A stretch of DNA of 64,000 bases from a virus. The position numbers and the translations under genes were made by a program. The notes under the pieces are model-generated. The model did no database searches, was not told the origin of the DNA, and was given only the letters and a program-made list of their open reading frames with translations. Every line of letters starts with the position of its first letter. Position 1 is the first letter of the stretch. Below, piece after piece: positions 49,335 through 58,379 of this stretch. The stretch covers positions 1-64,000 of the IMG/VR virus record IMGVR_UViG_3300042090_002370. The stretch is one strand, 5' to 3'.

Positions 49335-51833
49335 ATGATCTTACTCGACAACACCTCGAGCGTACTCCAGATCGTCTCTGGCGGTCAGGCAGCACTGCAT
49401 GTGCAAGCCGACTGGGTAGACCTTCTCAGTAGTACGGTCACGCCTAGCGTTCCCCCGCAAAATACGCTCATCGCAGCTACGCCCGGAACGACGACAGTCG
49501 TCGGTTCTCCCGCCGCGACCTACTCGCGTTCGGTCGTGGGGCTGTCGATTACGAATACAAGCGCGTCGCTTGGTTGCACCGTTCAAGTGCAACACAACGA
49601 CGGGACGAATGTTGCGGACGTCACTCCGTCTGCAACGCTCCCAGCAAATTCAACACTGATCTACAACGGTCAGAGCTGGGATCTCGTCACGAGCAACTTT
49701 TTTCGCGGCGCGGTTGTAGAAGTCACGGATGGGCTCAACGGAAACGTTGGCGTAGCGCCGGCCAACACGGCGGGTGCGGTGGCTCAACCCGCGCTCGTCA
49801 CGACGCTCTCACCGAACTCCGCCCCCCAGCCCAACACGTCCCTATCGGGGACGCTGTCCTCGGTCACGGCGGGGCCAGCGATGTCCACGGCGGGGATGTC
49901 GTCGTTTTCGGTCGTCTTCGAGGCGGTCACGGCGGTCGCAACGATCACGATGCAGGAGTCGAGGGACGGTGGGACCACGTGGCAGACGGTCAAGCTGCAA
50001 CTGATTCCAAGCGGGCTGCCGGTCTCCGGAGTGGTTACGTGGTCCGGCGCAACGGTGATCCTGTTCTACGGGATCGCCGTCAACTCTGGCGTGGGTCTTC
50101 TGCGCGCGAATATGACCTCGTACACGAGCGGCGGTCCGGTCGTCTACACGATAGAGGGCTCGACCGTCGCCCCTCCGTTCCTCGCGAACACCGTAGGAGC
50201 GCCGGGGGCCGCGATTCCCCCCTCGGCGCTGCAAGTTGGGGGGAATGACGGGACGGACATTCGAGCGCTGTCGACGGACTCGTCCGGGCGCGTGAATGTT
50301 GTCGGCCCAGCCGCCGCCGGAGCCGTACCGGTTGGTAACCCGGTTCTTGCCGCAGGGTATGACGGCACGGATGTTCGGACGATCCTGACCGACACTTCCG
50401 GTCGCGTGATCGGGGAGATCACAGACGGAACCAACGGGATCGTAGGGGTAGCTCCTGCCAGCACGGCCCCAGTCGCGACTCAACCCGCGCTCGTGGTGGC
50501 TCTCTCACCGAACTCGCAGCCGTACACCGACTCGAGTCCTGCCACGCAAAACATCACTGCGCAGGACACCAACACAACTTCCACAACCGTCGCCAACGGA
50601 CAGACGTTTTTCACCGGTACGCCTACGGCTGGCTCTGCTGCGACGTTCACTCTTGCATCGCAAGAGACAGTCACTGTTCAGGTGACCGGAACTTGGACAG
50701 GCACCCTGCAAGCCGAGTCGTCGATGGACGGTGGGACCACGTACACGGTCCTGCCGATCCAGCAGGGTACCTACCAGAGCGCCTGGACTCAGAATTTCAA
50801 AGGCACGGGTAACGTCGGAGGCACGACGCAGTTCCGTATTCGAGCTACTGCGGCGTGGACGGGCACTGCGACTGTCAAGGTCGTCACCTCGAGTAATCCA
50901 TATGTCACGACAAACGTCGTAACTGATACGACCAACTCTGCGTCTCTCGCCGCGTTGAACGCGGCGGTGCAGGTTGCGACATCGGGTCAGAACAGCGTTG
51001 CGCTGGAGATCACCAACTCGACGTTCACTGGCACATTGATCGCGGAGGTCAGTGCAGACGGAACGACGTGGAACGCGGCGAAGACGTTCAGCATCGTCGG
51101 CACGCCGTTTCCGAACGGTGTCGCCTACGCGGCGAGCAGCGGGGCCGGGTTCCTGTCTATCCTCCTGTTGCCCGGTGTTGGGTTCGCCCGCATTCGATGC
51201 TCGGCGTACACGAGCGGGTCGTCCCTGGTCTCGATGCGCGCGTCCACGGCGGGCAAAGACCTTGTGCAGCTTGCACTAGGTACCATCGCTGCCGGAGCGC
51301 TCCCGACCAACGCGCTGATGGCGGGTCTCACGGACGGGACGGCGCTGCGCGGGATGCTGGGGGATACGAGCGGCCGCCCGAACGTCGTCGGCGCGGCGGC
51401 GGACGGTGCTGCGGTAGCGGGTAACCCCGTTCTCGTCGCTGGTCAGTTTCAGACCACGGCCGCTAACACGGTGAACACGCTAGTTACGGATCAGTACGGA
51501 GATCTGTTCGTCAGCCCGGGACTCAGTGAGGATATGACTGGGCTCAATAGACAGAGCCCTGACGTTCCCTCGCTTAGTAACACCAATGTCCCGAATTACG
51601 AGATCGCGCGCACAAAAGTCGCTGTTGGCCGCTTCCAGCAAGACCAAGGTGACGCGTCTTTCGACTACCCGCTTCCGGCCGAGTCGAGGAACGAGCGTCA
51701 GCGCTTGGAGCTGGCCTCGCTTGCGAATCAGGACCATGGGATTCTGTCCATAGCGTTCGGGGGACGCACAAGCTCACGGTTTCCGTCGTTGACATTCGGC
51801 CAACGCGGCTTTGGTGATAGAGGAGGAAGGTAA
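49335..51833 (+). CDS. Modular tail-fibre-like protein with internal repeats
   Basis: Duplicated TDG.NG.VGVAPA.TA..A.QPALV..LSPNS and GNPVL.AG/TD.SGR blocks. Confidence 0.7.
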   Translation: MILLDNTSSVLQIVSGGQAALHVQADWVDLLSSTVTPSVPPQNTLIAATPGTTTVVGSPAATYSRSVVGLSITNTSASLGCTVQVQHNDGTNVADVTPSATLPANSTLIYNGQSWDLVTSNFFRGAVVEVTDGLNGNVGVAPANTAGAVAQPALVTTLSPNSAPQPNTSLSGTLSSVTAGPAMSTAGMSSFSVVFEAVTAVATITMQESRDGGTTWQTVKLQLIPSGLPVSGVVTWSGATVILFYGIAVNSGVGLLRANMTSYTSGGPVVYTIEGSTVAPPFLANTVGAPGAAIPPSALQVGGNDGTDIRALSTDSSGRVNVVGPAAAGAVPVGNPVLAAGYDGTDVRTILTDTSGRVIGEITDGTNGIVGVAPASTAPVATQPALVVALSPNSQPYTDSSPATQNITAQDTNTTSTTVANGQTFFTGTPTAGSAATFTLASQETVTVQVTGTWTGTLQAESSMDGGTTYTVLPIQQGTYQSAWTQNFKGTGNVGGTTQFRIRATAAWTGTATVKVVTSSNPYVTTNVVTDTTNSASLAALNAAVQVATSGQNSVALEITNSTFTGTLIAEVSADGTTWNAAKTFSIVGTPFPNGVAYAASSGAGFLSILLLPGVGFARIRCSAYTSGSSLVSMRASTAGKDLVQLALGTIAAGALPTNALMAGLTDGTALRGMLGDTSGRPNVVGAAADGAAVAGNPVLVAGQFQTTAANTVNTLVTDQYGDLFVSPGLSEDMTGLNRQSPDVPSLSNTNVPNYEIARTKVAVGRFQQDQGDASFDYPLPAESRNERQRLELASLANQDHGILSIAFGGRTSSRFPSLTFGQRGFGDRGGR

Positions 51834-52489
51834 TGATCACAGAAGGCGTAGCAGGTAGGCGTGCACGACGGCAGCAGGGGAACGTGGTTTCCGCCTATAC
51901 GCAGTTGGGGAGCGTTCCCATCGCGTACATGGAGGGAGAGGGCGACGAAGGCACGCGTACAGGAATGCGGATGCAGTTGTCTGCCCTTGGCGCTACCGGG
52001 ATCGCGCCAGTGCAGGCGGTCCCGACAACCGCCGCACAGTGGCTGATCGTCAATCCAGCGGCGAATACGAAGTCCGCGTACATCGACGAGCTGGGGATGA
52101 TACTGGTGAGCGGTACGGGCGGCGCTAACGCAACCGTGCTCTGTGCTGTCCTGCCACCGGCGAATATGCCGGCTACGGTTCCGTCAGCCTCGGCTGCCAA
52201 TATCGTGATCACGAACAGGTCGACGTCCAGTGGAAACACCTCGAGGCTGATCGTGGCTTCCGCTCAAACGCTGGTCGGCGTGACGGCAGGTTGGTGGTAT
52301 CCGCTCGCGTGGGAAGACATCGCCAACACCCTGCTAGGGCAGACGCAGCTCGTTGACCGAGACATTCGCGGCAAGATCGAGATTGCACCTGGTGGGGGAG
52401 TCGCGTTGGCGGTCATCAGCCCAACAGGGACCACGCCTCTTTGGGGCCCTGTAGGAACCTGGCGCGAGTACGAGTCCGACAACGAGTAA
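51833..52489 (+). CDS. Putative virion protein
   Basis: Beta-rich; coupled to the upstream gene. Confidence 0.55.
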   Translation: MITEGVAGRRARRQQGNVVSAYTQLGSVPIAYMEGEGDEGTRTGMRMQLSALGATGIAPVQAVPTTAAQWLIVNPAANTKSAYIDELGMILVSGTGGANATVLCAVLPPANMPATVPSASAANIVITNRSTSSGNTSRLIVASAQTLVGVTAGWWYPLAWEDIANTLLGQTQLVDRDIRGKIEIAPGGGVALAVISPTGTTPLWGPVGTWREYESDNE

Positions 52490-52513
52490 CCGCTTCCCCG
52501 GAGAGGGTGGGAC

Positions 52514-55366
52514 ATGAGCCACGCATGGGTCGGCCAATGGGGTGCGCTGGCCGTCCCTGCGGGGTGGTGGGGCGGTGCGGTAGGCGTCGCCACGCCTTCG
52601 GCTACCGGTTGGTTCGATCCCGAGCTTCTACGTCTGCCGTCGACTACGGCGTCACTGACTGGATCTATCCCAACATCAGAGGCGCTAGGCGCCTTCATTA
52701 TGACGGTTGTGCTCACGTTGCCTGGCATACCGAGCGGAGAGGGATGGTCTAAGGCTTCGCTGACGTATGGGGTTAGCGCATCAGGTATTGCTAGCGCAGA
52801 GGTTTTGGGGGCACCGAATGTAGGGGGGGCACTGTCACCGTCCGGCGTTTCTAGCGCCGAGGCCGTGGGTGCAGAGAAGACAACGTACGGGCTCACACCA
52901 GTTGGAATACCGTCATCAGAAGCGCTGGGTGCTGAAACTACGACGAGCGTGCTCGCGCCCTACGGCGTTTCTTCCGAAGAGAGGCTCGGCGCCGAAACTG
53001 TAACAGTTGGTATATCACCGCCAGGTGTGGCGACTGCGGAGTCCTTGTCGAAGGCCGGTACGACTTTGGGCGTGTCTACGTCTGGCATCGACAGCGCCGA
53101 GCGTGTTAGCGCTCCGACTACCTCGACGGTACTAGCACCAACCGGAATAAGCTCAGCTGAGTCTCTACCAGGCACCAGCACTACTTCTGGTCTTTCACCA
53201 TTCGGTATTGCGACATCTGAGGTTGTTGGCCAACCGAACGTAGGATGGGCTGTAGACGCCAACGGTATTCCGACCGCTGAAGGGCTAGGTGCAGGTACGC
53301 TTTCTGCTGCGCTCACTCCATCAGGTATCGATACTGCTGAGTCGTTACCGACAGCAAGTACTACAACTGCAGTATCTGTCGCTGGTATCTCGTCGGCTGA
53401 GACCGTTGGTGCTGGCGGTGTGGCGTCGCCACTGAACCCACCAGGAATCCCTAGTGCTGAAGCGCTGGGTGCGGAAACAGTCGCTTTCACAGGTACTGTT
53501 ACAGGTATTGACTCTGCCGAGTCGCTGCCCGGTGCGCGTACTACATTGGGTATCGCTACGTCGGGCGTAGCCTCCGCTGAGGTTGTCGGTGCGCCAAACA
53601 CTGGCTGGGCGGTAAACGCTACAGGCGTACCTACTGCTGAGGCCATCGGCGCAGAGACGGCAGTACTCTCTGGGTCTGTGCCTGGTATCGCAACAAGTGA
53701 GGTGCTGGGCGCACCAGCTACTGCATTGCAGGTCTCCGTGGCTGGAATTGCATCTGCAGAGGCCGTTGGAGCAGAGGATGTCTCGCCAGCGCTCTCACCA
53801 CCGGGTATTTCTACAACCGAGGCACTCAGCGCGGAGAAAGCCACAGTCACACTTTCGCCTTACGGGATATCTAGCTCGGAGGCTGTTGGTGCGGAGACGC
53901 TGTCGAGCTCGCTCGCGCTTTCAGGGATTGCTACGACGGAGATTATAGGAGCGCCGAATACAGGCCCTGCGCCAGCACCGGCAGGCATACCTACCGCAGA
54001 GGTTTTGGGCGCCACAACATCCAAGACCGTTTTGTCGGTGTCTGGGATCAGCAGCGCGGAAGCCCTCTCACCTTCGCCCATTTCTTTCGTGCTAGCGCCC
54101 AGTGGAATACCAACAGCGGAAGCGCTTGGTGCTGAGAACGTACTCATTGCGTATACGTTGTGGGGCATTGCTTCTGAGGAAAAGCTTGGCGCTACGACGT
54201 CGTCTAGCACCCTCAAAGGTTTTGGTATCGACTCCGCTGAGGTGCTGGGCCAGTCAACCACTGCGCGTACAGCGTTCATCTCAGGGATTATCGGTAGTGA
54301 TGAGGCATGGGGGTATGGAAAGACAACACAGGGTGTCAGCGTTGCCGGCATTTCTTCTACAGAAGCGCTTTCGGCTGCGAGCACTACTCAGTGCGTTTCC
54401 ACAAGCGGTATTGCCAGTAGCGAAGCTCTTGGCGCACCCGATGTCGGGTGGGCTCTACAGCCGGCTGGCATTTCGACCGTTGAGTCATTGGGCGCAGAGA
54501 AGATAACGCTGACGCTCGCACCGTCCGGCATTTCCAGCAATGAGGCCGTAGGCGCATCCGATGTGGGCCATGCGATATCGCCAGGCGGTATTCCTAGTGC
54601 CGAAGCGGTATCCAAGAGCGCTGTCTCTATTACGCTGTCCCCGTACGGCATCGGTTCCAATGAGGCGCTGTCAGGCGCGTCGGTTGCGCAGTCGTTCACC
54701 TTCTTTGGTATTGATAGCGTCGAGCGTGTGGGAGCGCCGAATGTTGGTTGGGCGCTGTCGCCGTCAGGGGTCGCATCAGCAGAGTCCGTCAATGTACAGA
54801 GAACAACCGCAACTTTCACGCTTGTTGGGATAGGAAGCGCTGAGGCTGTGGGTAGTATGAGTACCGGTCCAGCCATACGCATTGCTGGAATACCGGCAGC
54901 TGAGTCGGTTGGCTATTCCACGGTTTCAATTGTGTTGACTCTGCAAGGTATCTCCTCTCAAGAGGTGCTTTCGGAGCCGTCTGCTACGCAAGCGTCGGCT
55001 GTCGCCGGCATCGCAAGCGATTCAGTAATCGGTGCGGGCACCGTTCAGATTATTCTCGCGAACGTTACCGCTACAGGTGAGTGGATACAGTACACGTACC
55101 TCTCTGGCACTGGGGCTTCGATCGGGTACAGACAACCCAGCTTTATCTCCCTCGTGAGTGGTGCAAAAGGCATCGGTGTTCGGCCTACGTCGCGACCGGT
55201 TCAAGTTCCTGTGGCGGCACCCACATCGCCGGCTCCCCCTCAAGGCCCCGCACCGGTGTCTGGCAAGGATATGCTCCCCCCGACGATTAGCGTACCGCGC
55301 GTACAACTTCCAGAGCCGGCACCAGAGGGTCCGCCACAAGGGCCGGCACCGACCCGCCGACGATGA
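52514..55366 (+). CDS. Repeat-rich virion protein (about 19-aa GI.S.EA.G repeats) with Pro-rich C-terminus
   Basis: Roughly 40 tandem GIxSxEAxG units in the translation. Confidence 0.75.
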   Translation: MSHAWVGQWGALAVPAGWWGGAVGVATPSATGWFDPELLRLPSTTASLTGSIPTSEALGAFIMTVVLTLPGIPSGEGWSKASLTYGVSASGIASAEVLGAPNVGGALSPSGVSSAEAVGAEKTTYGLTPVGIPSSEALGAETTTSVLAPYGVSSEERLGAETVTVGISPPGVATAESLSKAGTTLGVSTSGIDSAERVSAPTTSTVLAPTGISSAESLPGTSTTSGLSPFGIATSEVVGQPNVGWAVDANGIPTAEGLGAGTLSAALTPSGIDTAESLPTASTTTAVSVAGISSAETVGAGGVASPLNPPGIPSAEALGAETVAFTGTVTGIDSAESLPGARTTLGIATSGVASAEVVGAPNTGWAVNATGVPTAEAIGAETAVLSGSVPGIATSEVLGAPATALQVSVAGIASAEAVGAEDVSPALSPPGISTTEALSAEKATVTLSPYGISSSEAVGAETLSSSLALSGIATTEIIGAPNTGPAPAPAGIPTAEVLGATTSKTVLSVSGISSAEALSPSPISFVLAPSGIPTAEALGAENVLIAYTLWGIASEEKLGATTSSSTLKGFGIDSAEVLGQSTTARTAFISGIIGSDEAWGYGKTTQGVSVAGISSTEALSAASTTQCVSTSGIASSEALGAPDVGWALQPAGISTVESLGAEKITLTLAPSGISSNEAVGASDVGHAISPGGIPSAEAVSKSAVSITLSPYGIGSNEALSGASVAQSFTFFGIDSVERVGAPNVGWALSPSGVASAESVNVQRTTATFTLVGIGSAEAVGSMSTGPAIRIAGIPAAESVGYSTVSIVLTLQGISSQEVLSEPSATQASAVAGIASDSVIGAGTVQIILANVTATGEWIQYTYLSGTGASIGYRQPSFISLVSGAKGIGVRPTSRPVQVPVAAPTSPAPPQGPAPVSGKDMLPPTISVPRVQLPEPAPEGPPQGPAPTRRR

Positions 55367-55375
55367 AAAAAGGTC

Positions 55376-55404
55376 TTGCGCTTTTTCGTCGCGTTGTGCA
55401 TGAT
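55376..55404 (+). promoter_or_regulatory. Sigma70-type promoter TTGCGC-17-(TG)CATGAT
   Basis: 17-bp spacer; TG just upstream of the -10 box; overlapped by an inverted repeat. Confidence 0.55.
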
Positions 55405-55409
55405 AGGGC

Positions 55410-55605
55410 GTGATGCAAAGGCAACGCAGACCCTGAATCCGCTTATGGGCTACGCGATGCCTGATATCGCCAGTCTTCGCGTTCACGGCCATCACCGGCC
55501 CGTCCACGGGGGGAAGATGAAGCACGACGTGGAATTGACGCCGGGTGCCGGGTGCCGGTGGTCGCGTGGCTCCAGGCGTAGACGCGAGTCCCGCTCTCTG
55601 CACTA
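55410..55605 (+). ncRNA. Candidate structured small RNA (about 190 nt)
   Basis: Downstream of the sigma70-type promoter; nested stems; no convincing ORF. Confidence 0.3.
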
Positions 55606-55617
55606 AGAACCCGGGTA

Positions 55618-55646
55618 GCTAAAAAAGAGGGCCCGTTGGGGCCCCC
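55618..55646 (-). terminator. Intrinsic terminator of the minus-strand replication operon
   Basis: GGGGCCC-CAAC-GGGCCCT followed by CTTTTTTAGC on the minus strand. Confidence 0.8.
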
Positions 55647-55649
55647 TGT

Positions 55650-55817
55650 TTACTGGCTGCGCCCCGCGTCCTCGAGCGCTGTGGTTTGTGGGCATGGCGA
55701 CGCGCCTACATCTATGGGCTTGTCGAAGTCATTACAGCGCGTTGTGATGAGCGCGAAGGCCAACCAGAATAGCAGGATTCCGACTGTGATGATGGCCTCC
55801 TTCGTGCGTCTCTTCAT
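55650..55817 (-). CDS. Small membrane/secreted protein (55 aa)
   Basis: Manual translation MKRRTKEAIITVGILLFWLAFALITTRC...; GGAG RBS. Confidence 0.65.
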   Translation of the reverse strand: MKRRTKEAIITVGILLFWLAFALITTRCNDFDKPIDVGASPCPQTTALEDAGRSQ

Positions 55818-55821
55818 GGTG

Positions 55822-56028
55822 TTACTCCGCTTGGTTTCTTTTGAGCCGTACTCTCACGAGGTCTGGAAAGCGTTCTTCCTCTACAAGCAATACGCCAGCC
55901 CGGCGAGCGAGTTCGATAATCGATCCGTGGCTCACGGTATCCAGCAGCGCCTCATCGACTTCGATGAAGTCCAGTTTCTGCGGGCGCGTGGTACCCGGCC
56001 ACGGATCGTCGAGTACAGCTCTTACGCT
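55822..56028 (-). CDS. -1 frame extension (68 aa) of the 56022..56951 gene, reached by a putative programmed frameshift
   Basis: Open frame without a 5' start, beginning at G GGA AAA and ending 4 nt before the next ATG. Confidence 0.65.
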   Translation of the reverse strand, partial: SVRAVLDDPWPGTTRPQKLDFIEVDEALLDTVSHGSIIELARRAGVLLVEEERFPDLVRVRLKRNQAE

Positions 56029-56951
56029 TTTCCCGTTGCCTGGTTGACGATGGACTGGAAGTTGTTCCCGTCCTCTATCGCACTGCGCAGAACGTCGATG
56101 GGGCTGACCCCGTTCACGGCTGACTGTGACTGCAGAAGCATCATCATGGTCCAGATCTGGACCTTCCAGGTGCTCTCTACGAGATTGGTGAGCGTGGTCA
56201 TCTGCGCCGTGAGCGCCTTGTATTGAACCTCCAGTTCGGTAATACGACTGGCCTTCATGCTGGCGGCCTCCTCGAGAATCGAGGAGACGTTCTTCTGCAT
56301 AGCGTCGTAACGTTCACGGTCCTTGTCTTGACCGTCGATAAGACGCTGTAGGAAGTTGATGACGTCGGCGCCGAGGTCGACTGCGGCACCTGCGCCGGCG
56401 TTTGTTTTAGGTGCGCGCTTCGGTTTCTCGCCGGCAGCGACGGCACCAGCCGCAGCGATGGCACCAGGGCTCACGTTGGGGATGAAGCCCGGTCCTGCAG
56501 TCACAGCGCCGGCAGCGGCGACACCGACGACCCCGACGCCGCTGGTCAACGGCGTGGTCATCGTGGTGGGAGGTGGCACAAACCCGGTTGTAGGCGCGCC
56601 TATGGGGGCAACGGGCTGCATCTGCTGCACACCCGGCTGCAGTGAGCTTGCCATCGAGTTTACAACGGGGGTGCGTTCGACGACTGGTGCCGGCATTGCG
56701 TGGCCGGAGACACCGTTGGTTGGCGCTGCAGCGCCTGGGTTCTGCTGGTCCCAGCGTTTCAGTAGTTCGAGGATGTATGTGACGCGGGCATCGGTAGTTT
56801 TGAGCTGGTACCAAGCTTGCTTCTCGGCTTCAGTGCGCATACTGCCGAGGTGACGCTCTGCGAGTAGGCGCAGCTGGAACGGGCTCTTCTCTGCCAGTGC
56901 GACAGCGTCACGCGGTGCGTTCTGCGGGGTCAATTCATTCGGGTCAGCCAT
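56022..56951 (-). CDS. Hypothetical protein with Pro/Ala/Gly linker and coiled-coil C-terminus
   Basis: GGAG RBS; ends ACG GGA AAA GCG TAA. Confidence 0.75.
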   Translation of the reverse strand: MADPNELTPQNAPRDAVALAEKSPFQLRLLAERHLGSMRTEAEKQAWYQLKTTDARVTYILELLKRWDQQNPGAAAPTNGVSGHAMPAPVVERTPVVNSMASSLQPGVQQMQPVAPIGAPTTGFVPPPTTMTTPLTSGVGVVGVAAAGAVTAGPGFIPNVSPGAIAAAGAVAAGEKPKRAPKTNAGAGAAVDLGADVINFLQRLIDGQDKDRERYDAMQKNVSSILEEAASMKASRITELEVQYKALTAQMTTLTNLVESTWKVQIWTMMMLLQSQSAVNGVSPIDVLRSAIEDGNNFQSIVNQATGKA

Positions 56952-56960
56952 TGTAGTCTC

Positions 56961-57341
56961 CTAACTTTTCTTGTGCAGCAGGATGAGCCGTTGGTTCTCG
57001 GCTCCGTTTGAGGTGAGGCAGCTGTACACCTGAGCGTCGACGCAGGCGAAGCAGGCGTCGGGCTTGAAAGAGCGTGCGGGACACGTGAGCTGTGTCTCGA
57101 GTTTCTTTCTATGATCGATGATGAATTTCATGAGAGCAATGCGTGTCTCATCCACGTCGTGGAACGGCAGCGGCGGGGGTGGTACTTCACCGATGATGAT
57201 TCGTATGAGGGCGTCGCGACTTAGGCTGGGTAATACAACGTGTCCGGCACCGCGCGCAATCTGGTAGATCTCTGTATGGTTGCAGCGCTCGAAGAGAGCG
57301 TACTCTGCAGCGAACTCAGGTGAGACGGTCGAAGACGTCAT
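56961..57341 (-). CDS. Cys-motif hypothetical protein
   Basis: CPA......CFAC.D....C. Confidence 0.6.
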   Translation of the reverse strand: MTSSTVSPEFAAEYALFERCNHTEIYQIARGAGHVVLPSLSRDALIRIIIGEVPPPPLPFHDVDETRIALMKFIIDHRKKLETQLTCPARSFKPDACFACVDAQVYSCLTSNGAENQRLILLHKKS

Positions 57342-57762
57342 TGAACGGGCAGCTTTCTTCTTCCAGACTCCAGACCCAGAGCGTGCTGCGCTCCGGCGTA
57401 CCCTGAACCTTCTGCGGGTGCATGGACAAGAATTGCGAGTCGTCGATTCCACCAGCCTCTTTGAGCGCGTCAATGAGCAGCTTGAGACGGTTATCGACGT
57501 CGATATGCTTATACCGCGATGCGGCCTTTCCTGTCGTGAATCCGGAGTTCTCTATCTGCTCGAGATGGAAGCGCAGTGCAATTACATATGGTTTGTTCGG
57601 TTTGAAGATGCGCATCTCCTTTGGGTAGTTCTGGGAGAAGTGAGCGGTGGTCGTCGTGAGGAACTCCCTGCCGACTTTGGTGAGGATGCGTCCACGACCA
57701 CGCATGTTGAGGTAGGCATGATTCGAGCTAGGCGGTATCCAGGGAACGTCCAGGCGAATCAT
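57316..57762 (-). CDS. RusA-like Holliday junction resolvase
   Basis: PPS.N..Y, DVDNRLKLLIDAL...GIDDSQ. Confidence 0.8.
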   Translation of the reverse strand: MIRLDVPWIPPSSNHAYLNMRGRGRILTKVGREFLTTTTAHFSQNYPKEMRIFKPNKPYVIALRFHLEQIENSGFTTGKAASRYKHIDVDNRLKLLIDALKEAGGIDDSQFLSMHPQKVQGTPERSTLWVWSLEEESCPFNDVFDRLT

Positions 57763-58379
57763 CGAGAGTCTTCCCATCGGCCGCGTGACTGGCCCGGCAT
57801 GTTTGCTGACCTGTTGCCGGCATCACTCTCCATCCTTCGTGTCTCAATCTGTCTCGAGATAACCTTGACGTTAGTCTCGACCTCCTTGCACCAGGCGTTT
57901 GCTTTGAGCTCGAGTTGCTGAAGCTCCTGCTGACGAATCGCCAGCGTGTGGTAAGCGGGGTCGCTCTCGATGACGTCTGACATCGTTTGTACGGTCATAC
58001 GCTCGCTCTTCTTCTTGCCAGATTCCAGGTTGCGGAAGTGTTCGCGTTTCGTGCGTGAGATATCAGCCATCTCGTTTTCGACCTGCAGTAGCTCAGCACG
58101 AATGTCGGCGAGGATCCGTACGATGTGGTTGTACCATCGGACGTGCGCCGTGTGTGTCACGGTGTACGACTTGGCGTCAGGTACCAAAAGCTGTTCGGCA
58201 GTGATGGGGAGGTACGCGACGTTTGGCTCCTGGCTGATTTGCATGCCAGACATCCTCAGTCGCGCGTCGACGTATGGCAGCGTGTCTCGTTCGCCGGCGA
58301 TGTAATCTGCGTCTTGCTGGCCGATGCCGATGTCACCCGGCAGACGCAGGCCACCTGTCTGAGGCGCTCGTGTGGTCAT
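57759..58379 (-). CDS. Helical protein, possibly a UvsY-like recombination mediator
   Basis: Coiled coil ending K.ISRQI..R; located in the recombination cluster. Confidence 0.4.
   Translation of the reverse strand: MTTRAPQTGGLRLPGDIGIGQQDADYIAGERDTLPYVDARLRMSGMQISQEPNVAYLPITAEQLLVPDAKSYTVTHTAHVRWYNHIVRILADIRAELLQVENEMADISRTKREHFRNLESGKKKSERMTVQTMSDVIESDPAYHTLAIRQQELQQLELKANAWCKEVETNVKVISRQIETRRMESDAGNRSANMPGQSRGRWEDSR

Noticed and set aside
52264-54882. Long minus-strand ORFs over the repeat protein gene
   Set aside because: Antisense shadows of a biased repetitive coding strand; no RBS or recognisable motifs.
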